A program made the translations under genes and the position numbers. Positions 38,502-46,380 of a stretch of 64,000 nucleotides of DNA are shown here, piece by piece. The notes beneath the pieces are model-generated. The model ran no database searches. It was not told where the DNA came from and was given only the letters and a program-made list of their open reading frames with translations. The DNA is taken from the NCBI GenBank assembly GCA_902796805.1, contig CADBQG010000070.1:2820-66819 (forward strand). The letters run 5' to 3'. This DNA comes from an uncultured Bacteroidota bacterium (GTDB lineage Bacteria; Bacteroidota; Bacteroidia; Bacteroidales; WCHB1-69). Every line of letters starts with the position of its first letter. Position 1 is the stretch's first letter.

Positions 38502-39757
38502 TGAAACATTTTAAAACAATTTTCAACGTGATGAAATACGGAAAAAAACTGTCAGTCGCGATATTGACCGCCATGGTTGTCATAGCTGCGGCTTCCTGTC
38601 AGAAAAAGCAAAGCAACTCCATGACTTACCGGCAGTTAGGTAACACTGGACTGAAAGTGAGCGAGATAAGCATAGGCTGCGGAGGGTTCAGCAAACTCGA
38701 CACCGCCGGCTCGATAGAGCTGATGACGGCCGCGATAGACAGCGGAATGAACTACATCGACATCTATGACGCCGACCCGAAGACACGCTCTAACATCGGG
38801 GCCGCACTCAAAGGACGCCGCGACAAGATGATTATTCAAGGTCATATAGGCACCATATTCAAGAATGGCCAGCACACACGCACCCGCGACCTTGAGGAGA
38901 CAAAGGTCGGCTTCGAGGATCTGCTGAAACGCCTCGGCACGGACTTCATTGAAGTGGGGATGATACACATCACCGACAGTCCGGAGGAATGGGACGAACT
39001 TGAAGGAAGCCCTTTCCTGGACTACGTTTTCCAACTCAAGAAGGAAGGAAAGATAAAGCACATAGGGGTGAGCAGTCATAATGCGGAGGTTGCCCTCACG
39101 GCCGCCAAAAGCGGATGGATAGAGGTAATCATGTTCAGCTTGAACCCGGCGTTCGACAGGCTGCGCGGCGGCGCCATCCCGTGGGAAAAAGGCGCGATGG
39201 AGAACCTCCAGAACGGAATAGACCCGGTGCGCGTTGAATTTTACGACTACTGCGCCACCCATAACATCGGCGTTACGGTGATGAAGACCTTCGGCGGCGG
39301 CGGGCGTCTCCTCGACGAGAAGACCTCACCGCTCGGCGTGGCCTACACACCTGAGCAGTGCATAGCATACTGCCTTGCAAAACCTTGTATCTCCACCTGC
39401 ATTCTCGGCATCGACAACATGGAAGAACTTATTGCCGACTTGCATTATCTCCACGCCACCGAAGAAGAAAAGGATTTCAAATCGGTGGCCAAGGCCGGAT
39501 CCGGCGATGACCTCGGGCAGTGCACCTACTGCAACCACTGTTCGCCATGTCCGCAAGGAATACCGATAGCAAAAGTCAATGAGCTTGCCGACAAGGCGTT
39601 GGTTCAAGGCCTCGACGACGAGTTACGTGCAGAATACGAGGCGTTGCCACATCATGCCTCAGAGTGCACCCATTGCGGAAACTGTCTTTCACGCTGTCCA
39701 TTCGGAGTGAACATTCCCGAGAAAATGGACGAAACCGCCGCGCTATTCGGCAAATAG
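38501..39757 (+). CDS. aldo/keto reductase with C-terminal 4Fe-4S ferredoxin-type domain, preceded by a lipoprotein-like signal sequence
   Basis: AKR core starts at MTYRQLGNTGLKVSEISIGCGG (internal Met at 38621). The C-terminal motifs are CTYCNHCSPCP and CTHCGNCLSRCP. The 40 N-terminal residues include MKYGKKLSVAILTAMVVIAAASC. The TAATG junction gives a 1-nt overlap with the upstream stop. Confidence 0.75.
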   Translation: MKHFKTIFNVMKYGKKLSVAILTAMVVIAAASCQKKQSNSMTYRQLGNTGLKVSEISIGCGGFSKLDTAGSIELMTAAIDSGMNYIDIYDADPKTRSNIGAALKGRRDKMIIQGHIGTIFKNGQHTRTRDLEETKVGFEDLLKRLGTDFIEVGMIHITDSPEEWDELEGSPFLDYVFQLKKEGKIKHIGVSSHNAEVALTAAKSGWIEVIMFSLNPAFDRLRGGAIPWEKGAMENLQNGIDPVRVEFYDYCATHNIGVTVMKTFGGGGRLLDEKTSPLGVAYTPEQCIAYCLAKPCISTCILGIDNMEELIADLHYLHATEEEKDFKSVAKAGSGDDLGQCTYCNHCSPCPQGIPIAKVNELADKALVQGLDDELRAEYEALPHHASECTHCGNCLSRCPFGVNIPEKMDETAALFGK

Positions 39758-39763
39758 CGGAAA

Positions 39764-40879
39764 TCAGCACAGTTCGGTGTACAAGCCGCGTAATTCAGTA
39801 ATTATATTCTCCGGGGAGAATTTAAGGCAATGGGCGACCGACTTCTGGAGGAATTTTTCTTTGAAGTCGCTGTCGCCCAATATTTTATTGCACTGCATTG
39901 CAATGTCTTCAGGACTTGTGGCTTCGGCGTATAGAGCTGCGTCGCCTCCGGCCTCCGGCATTGATGAGACTGACGACGTAACTACCGGTGTGCCCGTGGC
40001 AAGTGATTCCAACACAGGTATGCCGAAGCCCTCGAAAACCGACATATACACCGACAGCTCTGCCGCTGAATATATGGCCGGGAAGTCGTGGAAGTCTGCA
40101 TTGTCGAAGATTCTCACGCGTGCGCCAACATTCATTTTTTCGGCTTCCTCAAGAACCTCTTTTGCGTATGAAGTTCTTTTCCCGAAAAACATGATGTGCA
40201 CGTCGTCGGGCAGCCATCTCATGGCTCTCACGACGGAGACTTGGTTTTTCCTCCTTTCAACAGTGCCCACACACGCTATGTAGCGTTCGGGAAGACCGTA
40301 TTTTGCAATTGCACTGTTGCGTTCTGCTTCCGAGACCGGCTTTCTGAAAATGTCGTCGCACGACTGGTAGACAACCTTGATCTTTTCTTGCGGTACGTTG
40401 AGTATTTCGATCAAGTCGGAGGCGGTCTGCTGGCTTATTGCAACAACTTTGTCGGCCACTTTGCAGGCGTGTCGTACCTTTTGTTTATAGATAGTCCTGT
40501 CGAAAACGGAGAAGAAGTGCGGATACCTCCAAGGTATGAGGTCGTGGATTGTAACAACCTTCCTTACATTTCCCGGCAGTTGAAGGGGCAGTTCCTGGGA
40601 GAGTCCGTGAAAAATAGAAATGTTCAGTTCATCATCGATGCCGTTGTTCAGTGTTCTCCACAGGCGGGGAAATCTTCCTCTTATTCCTTGAGGTTCAATA
40701 ATATGGACATTCTTTTGTTTAAGAAAGTCGTTCTCATGTTCGCCAAAAGTTGAGGGAGTGCAGAGAAACAGTTCATCGTTGGGGCAACAGTGAAGAATCC
40801 CTTTTACAATCATTCTTCCATAGTTGCCGAGTCCGGTCTTGTTCTTGAATATCCTTTTGGCGTCGAATGCTATCCTCAT
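39764..40879 (-). CDS. glycosyltransferase family 4 (GT-B, RfaG-like)
   Basis: C-terminal E-x7-E region (FEGFGIPVLESLATGTPVV). Context is with GT2 and lpxK. Confidence 0.8.
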   Translation of the reverse strand: MRIAFDAKRIFKNKTGLGNYGRMIVKGILHCCPNDELFLCTPSTFGEHENDFLKQKNVHIIEPQGIRGRFPRLWRTLNNGIDDELNISIFHGLSQELPLQLPGNVRKVVTIHDLIPWRYPHFFSVFDRTIYKQKVRHACKVADKVVAISQQTASDLIEILNVPQEKIKVVYQSCDDIFRKPVSEAERNSAIAKYGLPERYIACVGTVERRKNQVSVVRAMRWLPDDVHIMFFGKRTSYAKEVLEEAEKMNVGARVRIFDNADFHDFPAIYSAAELSVYMSVFEGFGIPVLESLATGTPVVTSSVSSMPEAGGDAALYAEATSPEDIAMQCNKILGDSDFKEKFLQKSVAHCLKFSPENIITELRGLYTELC

Positions 40880-40880
40880 G

Positions 40881-41678
40881 CTACCACAAGCTGTTGTTAA
40901 AATCTTCGGTTTCAGTCATTTCAGGATTTCGCTGCCATTCTATGACTTTTGCGTATTTAAGATATGAGTTCACGGCCATTGCTATGGAGATTGAAAGCCC
41001 GTCGATGCCGCCGAGGAAGCCTTTTCTTATGAAATAGTTCAGAAAGAAGGTGTGCATTCCGTGGAAAAATGGGGCAAAAGGACTGATTTTCCTGCCTTTT
41101 TCGTAGAGAATCTTTGCGCTGCGTGTACTGAACTTTTCGATTTGTTTGGCGAACATCTCGGTTATGGAGGAATATGTGCGATGTTCGATGTCGGCGTTCA
41201 GGCGGTGCGTGTTGTCGTGCGGTACAGCGGCGTGTGCCTTCACCTCAGGATACTTTAGCTTGTCGTGCCGGTATATCCTGACCAAGTAGTCGGGGTACCA
41301 TCCGCAGGTCTTTATCCAGCGTGTGCCTATGAAGTTCTTCCTCCTCACCTGGAATCCGTCGAACGGTGTCGTGCTGAAGTCTATCTTTCGGATTTCGCCC
41401 ACGAGTTCCGGAGTCAGTCTTTCGTCTGCGTCGAGGGATAGAACCCAAAGGCTTTTCACGTGTTTCAAGGCTACGTTTTTCTGAAAACCATCGCCCAAAT
41501 AGGGCTGGATTACGACTTTGGCGCCGGCTTCTTGGGCCAATTTAACGGTGTTGTCGGTGCTGCAGGAGTCCACAACAACAACTTCGTCGCAGACCTGCCG
41601 GAGCGACTCCACCACTTCAAGAATGTTGTTTTCTTCGTTGAAGGTGATGACAATGCCGGAAAGAGCCGGTTCGGACAT
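40881..41678 (-). CDS. glycosyltransferase family 2 (LPS core type)
   Basis: IVITFNEENNI...VVVDSCSTDNT...SLDADE (DxD). Confidence 0.8.
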   Translation of the reverse strand: MSEPALSGIVITFNEENNILEVVESLRQVCDEVVVVDSCSTDNTVKLAQEAGAKVVIQPYLGDGFQKNVALKHVKSLWVLSLDADERLTPELVGEIRKIDFSTTPFDGFQVRRKNFIGTRWIKTCGWYPDYLVRIYRHDKLKYPEVKAHAAVPHDNTHRLNADIEHRTYSSITEMFAKQIEKFSTRSAKILYEKGRKISPFAPFFHGMHTFFLNYFIRKGFLGGIDGLSISIAMAVNSYLKYAKVIEWQRNPEMTETEDFNNSLW

Positions 41679-41685
41679 GCAGTTT

Positions 41686-42510
41686 CTATATTTCGGGCAT
41701 CATGTTGTATATGAGTTTCACCACTTTGGGGCCTGCTTCGGCGGCTGCCTCAAGAACCTCCTCGTGGCCGCCTTCCATCAACATGCCCACAATGCCAAGG
41801 TCGGTGATGACAGAGAGTGCGAAGAGCTCGATGCCGCGGTGGTGCGCCACTATGGCCTCCGGCACTGTTGACATGCCCACTGCGTCGGCGCCGAACATGT
41901 TGAACATGCGGTACTCCGCCGGGGTCTCAAAACTCGGTCCGGAAACGCCTATGTACACACCCTCCTGCAAGTGGATGCCGAGTTTCGCGCTCACGGTGTG
42001 CGCTATATTTAGCAGCCTGTGAGAATACACTTTGCTCATGTTCGGGAAGCGTGGCCCGAGTTCGTCGTCGTTGGGACCGATGAGCGGGTTTGTGCCGAAG
42101 AAGTTGATATGGTCGCGTATGAGCATTATGTCGCCAATCCTGAACGTGGGGTTCATGCCGCCCGCCGCATTCGACAAAATAAGAGTCTTTATCCCTATGC
42201 CGTCGAGAATCTGCTGCGGATATGTCACCACGTCCATAGGATATCCTTCGTAATAGTGGAAACGCCCGTTGAAAACCAGAACGTCCACATTGTTCAACTT
42301 TCCGAAGATCAGAGTGCCCTTGTGACCCTGAACGGTGGAAACCGGAAAGTTGGGTATCTCCTTGTACGGAATCTCGCATAGTTTCTCCATCTCATTGGTG
42401 ACACCGCCCAAACCTGACCCCAAAACAATGGCTATCGTCGGTGATGTCGGCTTGTGGCTGTTGATGAAATCAACGGTCTGGTTAAGTCTCTTCCTTTTTT
42501 CTTCTAACAT
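41686..42510 (-). CDS. purine nucleoside phosphorylase (PNP family I, inosine/guanosine type)
   Basis: GSGLG, VQGHKGTLIFG, GRFHYYEGY, and MSTVPE. Confidence 0.88.
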   Translation of the reverse strand: MLEEKRKRLNQTVDFINSHKPTSPTIAIVLGSGLGGVTNEMEKLCEIPYKEIPNFPVSTVQGHKGTLIFGKLNNVDVLVFNGRFHYYEGYPMDVVTYPQQILDGIGIKTLILSNAAGGMNPTFRIGDIMLIRDHINFFGTNPLIGPNDDELGPRFPNMSKVYSHRLLNIAHTVSAKLGIHLQEGVYIGVSGPSFETPAEYRMFNMFGADAVGMSTVPEAIVAHHRGIELFALSVITDLGIVGMLMEGGHEEVLEAAAEAGPKVVKLIYNMMPEI

Positions 42511-43564
42511 ATTCTTTAAGTGTATTGTTGAACTTTTCGCTTTCTTCGTCAGAAATGAACGACGTTTCTATTCTGACAACAAAAACGGGTAGCAAAGATA
42601 CAATATTTATCACATCGACCGACTGCATCCGTGCCCAGTCTTTTTCTGTGGTGATGACGGCCTTTGCGGAGGAACCGCTTTCGACATGTTCAGCTACTTT
42701 TCTCATGTCTTTCTCTGTGAACCTGTGGTGGTCGGGGAAACGAAAGTGCCCTTCAACAGCAAAATGTTTGCTCAAATGCTCTTTAAGCGGCTCTGGATGC
42801 ACGATTCCTGTCAAAAGAACGATGCTTTGCAGGGTGTTTATGTCGATATTCCGGGCGGGAAGTGTTGCGGGTTGTGGGTTCTCATACTCCATTCTTGTGA
42901 AGAAGAGATGTTGTTTCTCGTTGATTCCCAATTTTTTACACCAGGCTTGTTTGTCAGGTACTGTGTTTTCGGGTGTTTTGGTTACAACAACCATGTCGGC
43001 GCCAGTTGCGGCGGACGGGAATTCCCGCAGCCTTCCGGCGGGCATCGGGAAGTCGTCGCAGTAGGGAGATGCATATTCCGTCAGCACAATACTGAACCCG
43101 GGCTTCAGCCTCAGGTGCTGGTAGGCGTCGTCCAACACCACCACGTCGGTGTCTGGACGTTCTTTTTTGATGTTGCATATTCCCTCAACTCTGTCAGTGT
43201 CCACGGCCAAAGGTATTTCAGGAAACCTCAGGTGTATCATGAACGGTTCATCGCCAAGTGTTTCCGGAGACACATCTTCTTTTTTGAGAATGCTCGCCGA
43301 TTTGTATCCTGTGGAAGTTCTTCCGTAGCCGCGGCTAAGAAAGGCAACATTGAAGTGCTCCTTCAGAAGGTTGATGATGTATATTGAATGGGGAGTCTTG
43401 CCGGTGCCGCCCACCGCGATGTTGCCCACAGTGACGGTGGCCACGGGCGGTTCATGACTCTTGAGTATGCTTTTCTCATACAGAAGCCTTCGCAGTCGTG
43501 CAATGGTTCCGAAAATCCACCCGGCAGGCAGAAGCAGGTTAGCGATTGCCATCTTCCTGTCCAT
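42482..43564 (-). CDS. lpxK: tetraacyldisaccharide 4'-kinase
   Basis: P-loop VGNIAVGGTGKTP and LSRGYGR. Its coding sequence overlaps both neighbouring genes (29 nt and 26 nt). Confidence 0.88.
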   Translation of the reverse strand: MDRKMAIANLLLPAGWIFGTIARLRRLLYEKSILKSHEPPVATVTVGNIAVGGTGKTPHSIYIINLLKEHFNVAFLSRGYGRTSTGYKSASILKKEDVSPETLGDEPFMIHLRFPEIPLAVDTDRVEGICNIKKERPDTDVVVLDDAYQHLRLKPGFSIVLTEYASPYCDDFPMPAGRLREFPSAATGADMVVVTKTPENTVPDKQAWCKKLGINEKQHLFFTRMEYENPQPATLPARNIDINTLQSIVLLTGIVHPEPLKEHLSKHFAVEGHFRFPDHHRFTEKDMRKVAEHVESGSSAKAVITTEKDWARMQSVDVINIVSLLPVFVVRIETSFISDEESEKFNNTLKEYVRRKKEET

Positions 43565-44561
43565 CAGGTGCGGTCTTTGTTTGCGCTGCAGTCCGGTTTC
43601 GCCTTTCCTCTTCCAGTCTGTTTTCGTAGATCTCGTATCTGTTTATGATCTGCGTTACCAAGTGGTGCCGCACAACGTCCTTGTTGTCCATGTAGATGAA
43701 GTCGATGCCCTTAACCCCTTTCAGTATCCTGTCGGCAAGGATAAGCCCCGACTGCTGGTTTCTGGGGAGGTCGATTTGTGTTATGTCGCCGGTGATGAAG
43801 AATTTGGCGTTCTTTCCCATTCTTGTGAGGAACATCTTGAGTTGGGATGATGTGGCGTTCTGGGCCTCGTCAAGAATCACGTATGCGTTGTCGAGGGTTC
43901 TTCCGCGCATGAATGCCAAAGGGGCTATCTCTATAACCTTGTCTTCCATCATGTTGACCAATTTCTGCATTGGTATCATATCCCATAGGGCGTCATAGAG
44001 AGGCTGGAGGTAGGGGTCGAGTTTGTCGCGCAGGTCTCCAGGCAAAAATCCGAGGTTTTCGCCGGCCTCCACTGCGGGACGTGTAAGTATTATCCTGCGT
44101 ATTTGTTTGTTTTTCAACGCTTTCACGGCGAGAGCCACGGCGGTGTATGTTTTGCCGGTACCTGCCGGTCCCACCACGAAGACCATGTCGTTTTTCTGTG
44201 CGCTGTCAACCAGCCGCTTTTGGTTGGGCGTTATGGCTTTTATTATCTTGCCCTCGCGCCCGTGCACTATGATGTTCTCGTCAGTCTTGTTCAGCGCGTA
44301 GAAGTTGTCGTCTTCCATTGCGGTGATGTTTATGATGTCGGTTTCTGTGAGTTTTCCGAAACTGTCGAGGTGGTTTTCCAGAAGCCTTATACGTTCTTCG
44401 AACTGCTGCAGGTCGTCGTCGGGACCTGTAACCTTTATTTCATTGCCGCGCGCCACGATTTTGAGTTTAGGGAAAATGTGCGTGAGCAGCTGGATGTTGG
44501 AGTTGTTGGGGCCCAGCAGTTCAACGGTGATGTCGGGGTTCAGGTCTATGATTCTGTCCAT
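43539..44561 (-). CDS. PhoH family ATPase
   Basis: Walker A GPAGTGKTYTAVALAV, ILDEAQN, and GDITQIDLP. Confidence 0.9.
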   Translation of the reverse strand: MDRIIDLNPDITVELLGPNNSNIQLLTHIFPKLKIVARGNEIKVTGPDDDLQQFEERIRLLENHLDSFGKLTETDIINITAMEDDNFYALNKTDENIIVHGREGKIIKAITPNQKRLVDSAQKNDMVFVVGPAGTGKTYTAVALAVKALKNKQIRRIILTRPAVEAGENLGFLPGDLRDKLDPYLQPLYDALWDMIPMQKLVNMMEDKVIEIAPLAFMRGRTLDNAYVILDEAQNATSSQLKMFLTRMGKNAKFFITGDITQIDLPRNQQSGLILADRILKGVKGIDFIYMDNKDVVRHHLVTQIINRYEIYENRLEEERRNRTAAQTKTAPDGQEDGNR

Positions 44562-44575
44562 CGTGATGTTTTTGT

Positions 44576-45487
44576 TTATTCAATGACGAGGTAGTTGAGG
44601 GGGTTTATGGGGAATCCGTTGTACCAAAGTTCGAAATGAAGGTGCTGTTTTTTCTTTGCGGGTGAGCTTTCGCAGTTGGCTATCGGCATTCCGGCGGTGA
44701 CTCGGGCGCCCACGTTCTTCAGCAGGACGGAGTTGTGCTTGTATATCGATATCATGTTCCCGGGGTGCTGCACGATTATTGTGTAGGCGTCGGTGGAGGT
44801 GTAGTTCGCGGCTATCACAACGCCGTCGGCCACGCAGGTTACAACCGTGTTGTCGTCGGGGGTGATGTCAACGCCGTAGTGGTTCTGCGTTGGGTCGAAG
44901 AGGCGGGTTACGACACCCATTGCCGGAGGGTATATTGAAATCTGGGTTATCTTGGCCTGCTCTATTTTTGGGACGTTGGCGGCGGAGCCGGCGTTCTTCT
45001 CCGTGACGCGCCCTAAGATTTTCTCCGTCTCCTCGATAAGATCTTCCACCTTGTGCTTTCTCTCAGCGCTGCGCTTCACAGGGTGCACGTCCGGCGTCTT
45101 CGAGTCCGGCGTCTCCGAATCCTCAACACCTTCATCCTTGCCGTCGATCATGTCGGAGAAATTGTCCAGGAACTGTTGGTTGCGGGAATACTGTTTCTCG
45201 ATGGTGTCGACTTTCGCGGCCGTCTGCTTGTAGAGTTTGTAGTCGTTCTTGTCAGTGTATCCCGGAATGTACATTTTCAGCGGGGTGAGGGCGATGAGTA
45301 TGGTTGTGAGCACGATGATGGCGAAGGCCGAGAGTATTGCCACCACCACCACTTTCTGGATGGTGATGCGCTTTATGACGAGACTTTGCTCGTGGGTGTC
45401 CTCGTTGGAGAAAACGAGCCGGTAGCGGGTCTTCCACTCGCTAACTATGACGTTCCAGATTTTCTTTATTTTTTCAAGTTTGCCCAT
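44576..45487 (-). CDS. M23 family metallopeptidase (membrane-anchored)
   Basis: HYGVDI and HLHFELW zinc-site motifs and one TM helix. I set the start at ATG 45487 because a -7 box (45515-45522) overlaps the longer ORF-track start at 45517. Confidence 0.8.
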   Translation of the reverse strand: MGKLEKIKKIWNVIVSEWKTRYRLVFSNEDTHEQSLVIKRITIQKVVVVAILSAFAIIVLTTILIALTPLKMYIPGYTDKNDYKLYKQTAAKVDTIEKQYSRNQQFLDNFSDMIDGKDEGVEDSETPDSKTPDVHPVKRSAERKHKVEDLIEETEKILGRVTEKNAGSAANVPKIEQAKITQISIYPPAMGVVTRLFDPTQNHYGVDITPDDNTVVTCVADGVVIAANYTSTDAYTIIVQHPGNMISIYKHNSVLLKNVGARVTAGMPIANCESSPAKKKQHLHFELWYNGFPINPLNYLVIE

Positions 45488-45514
45488 TCTGACGGCGCTC
45501 TTCCAACAAGTCCG

Positions 45515-45522
45515 CAAAATTA
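45515..45522 (-). promoter_or_regulatory. -7 promoter box TAATTTTG for the M23-phoH-lpxK-PNP-GT2-GT4 chain
   Basis: caaaatta on the + strand is TAATTTTG on the minus strand, 28 nt upstream of ATG 45487. Confidence 0.5.
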
Positions 45523-45872
45523 GAAAAAATAATCAAAAGACATTGATTATCTCGAAAAACATGCGATGTCTGAATAAAAACTACACTTTTACTCTTATTT
45601 AATATTATTAGAACCTAAACAATTTTTTTTCTTTTAGCGTATGTAATAAAAAAATATTATTTCTGCGGGCTATCTGGGAATATTGGAAATGTTTGAATTA
45701 TACCGTTTAGGTAGGTGATTTCTTAAGCCTCGTTCCTGACGACTGCAAACGAAAGACAGAGTCGGGTGTGGGGTGGATTCATTGGTTTAAATTTAGGTTT
45801 TAGACTCAATATTCATATTTTGCGATCGAAAGGAGTGCAGTTGTTGTGCGATTTTTCGTCGCTTTTTTTGTG

Positions 45873-46224
45873 ATGATAGTTCAAACATCAATAACAAACA
45901 GCAAAAAAAAGAAAAGAAAAATTACATCAGCGGTACTCTGTGCGGTACTTTTCGCCTTGGCGGGTTTTTCTCCGCAGTCAAGCAATGGACAAAACAATCT
46001 CAGTAGTTTCTTGACTACCACTAATTTCGGGCTTTACAGCCCAGCCTGGCGGCATTTACAACAGCAACACACAGCGTTTTGAGCAAATGTTGGGCCGTGC
46101 AAGTTTCATCACTGCAGATAATGGAGAAATATTCACCATTGGCTATCTTTGTTGCTCGGTTATAAGAGAACCTTCACAACAAGGAAATACCTATGGCGTA
46201 CGTTGTGTTAAAGACAACGAATAG
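45873..46224 (+). pseudogene. probable frameshifted remnant of a small secreted/lipoprotein gene (DUF1566- or FISUMP-like C-terminus)
   Basis: Frame A from ATG 45873 gives a signal-peptide-like MIVQTSITNSKKKKRKITSAVLCAVLFALAGF and stops at 46082. The +1 frame from 46087 continues to 46224 and ends ...NTYGVRCVKDNE. That ending resembles the conserved VRC-x-K/R-D terminus of those families. The two pieces are too short to stand alone. Confidence 0.3.
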
Positions 46225-46252
46225 AAAACATCTTCATTTTTTCTTATAGCAC

Positions 46253-46285
46253 AAAACTGTCGCATCATTATGGTGCGACAGTTTT
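46253..46285. terminator. bidirectional rho-independent terminator (gene remnant on +, polA on -)
   Basis: Perfect 12-bp stem aaaactgtcgca/tgcgacagtttt with a 9-nt loop. The A-run and T-run built into the stem give a U-tract on either strand. Confidence 0.7.
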
Positions 46286-46380
46286 GATTATATGATCTTT
46301 TGGTCTTATTAAGCGACGTTTTCGAAAAACAAACCAATGAATCTTCCACGACTCCGAAAAGTGTAAATATGGCTGAGTCC

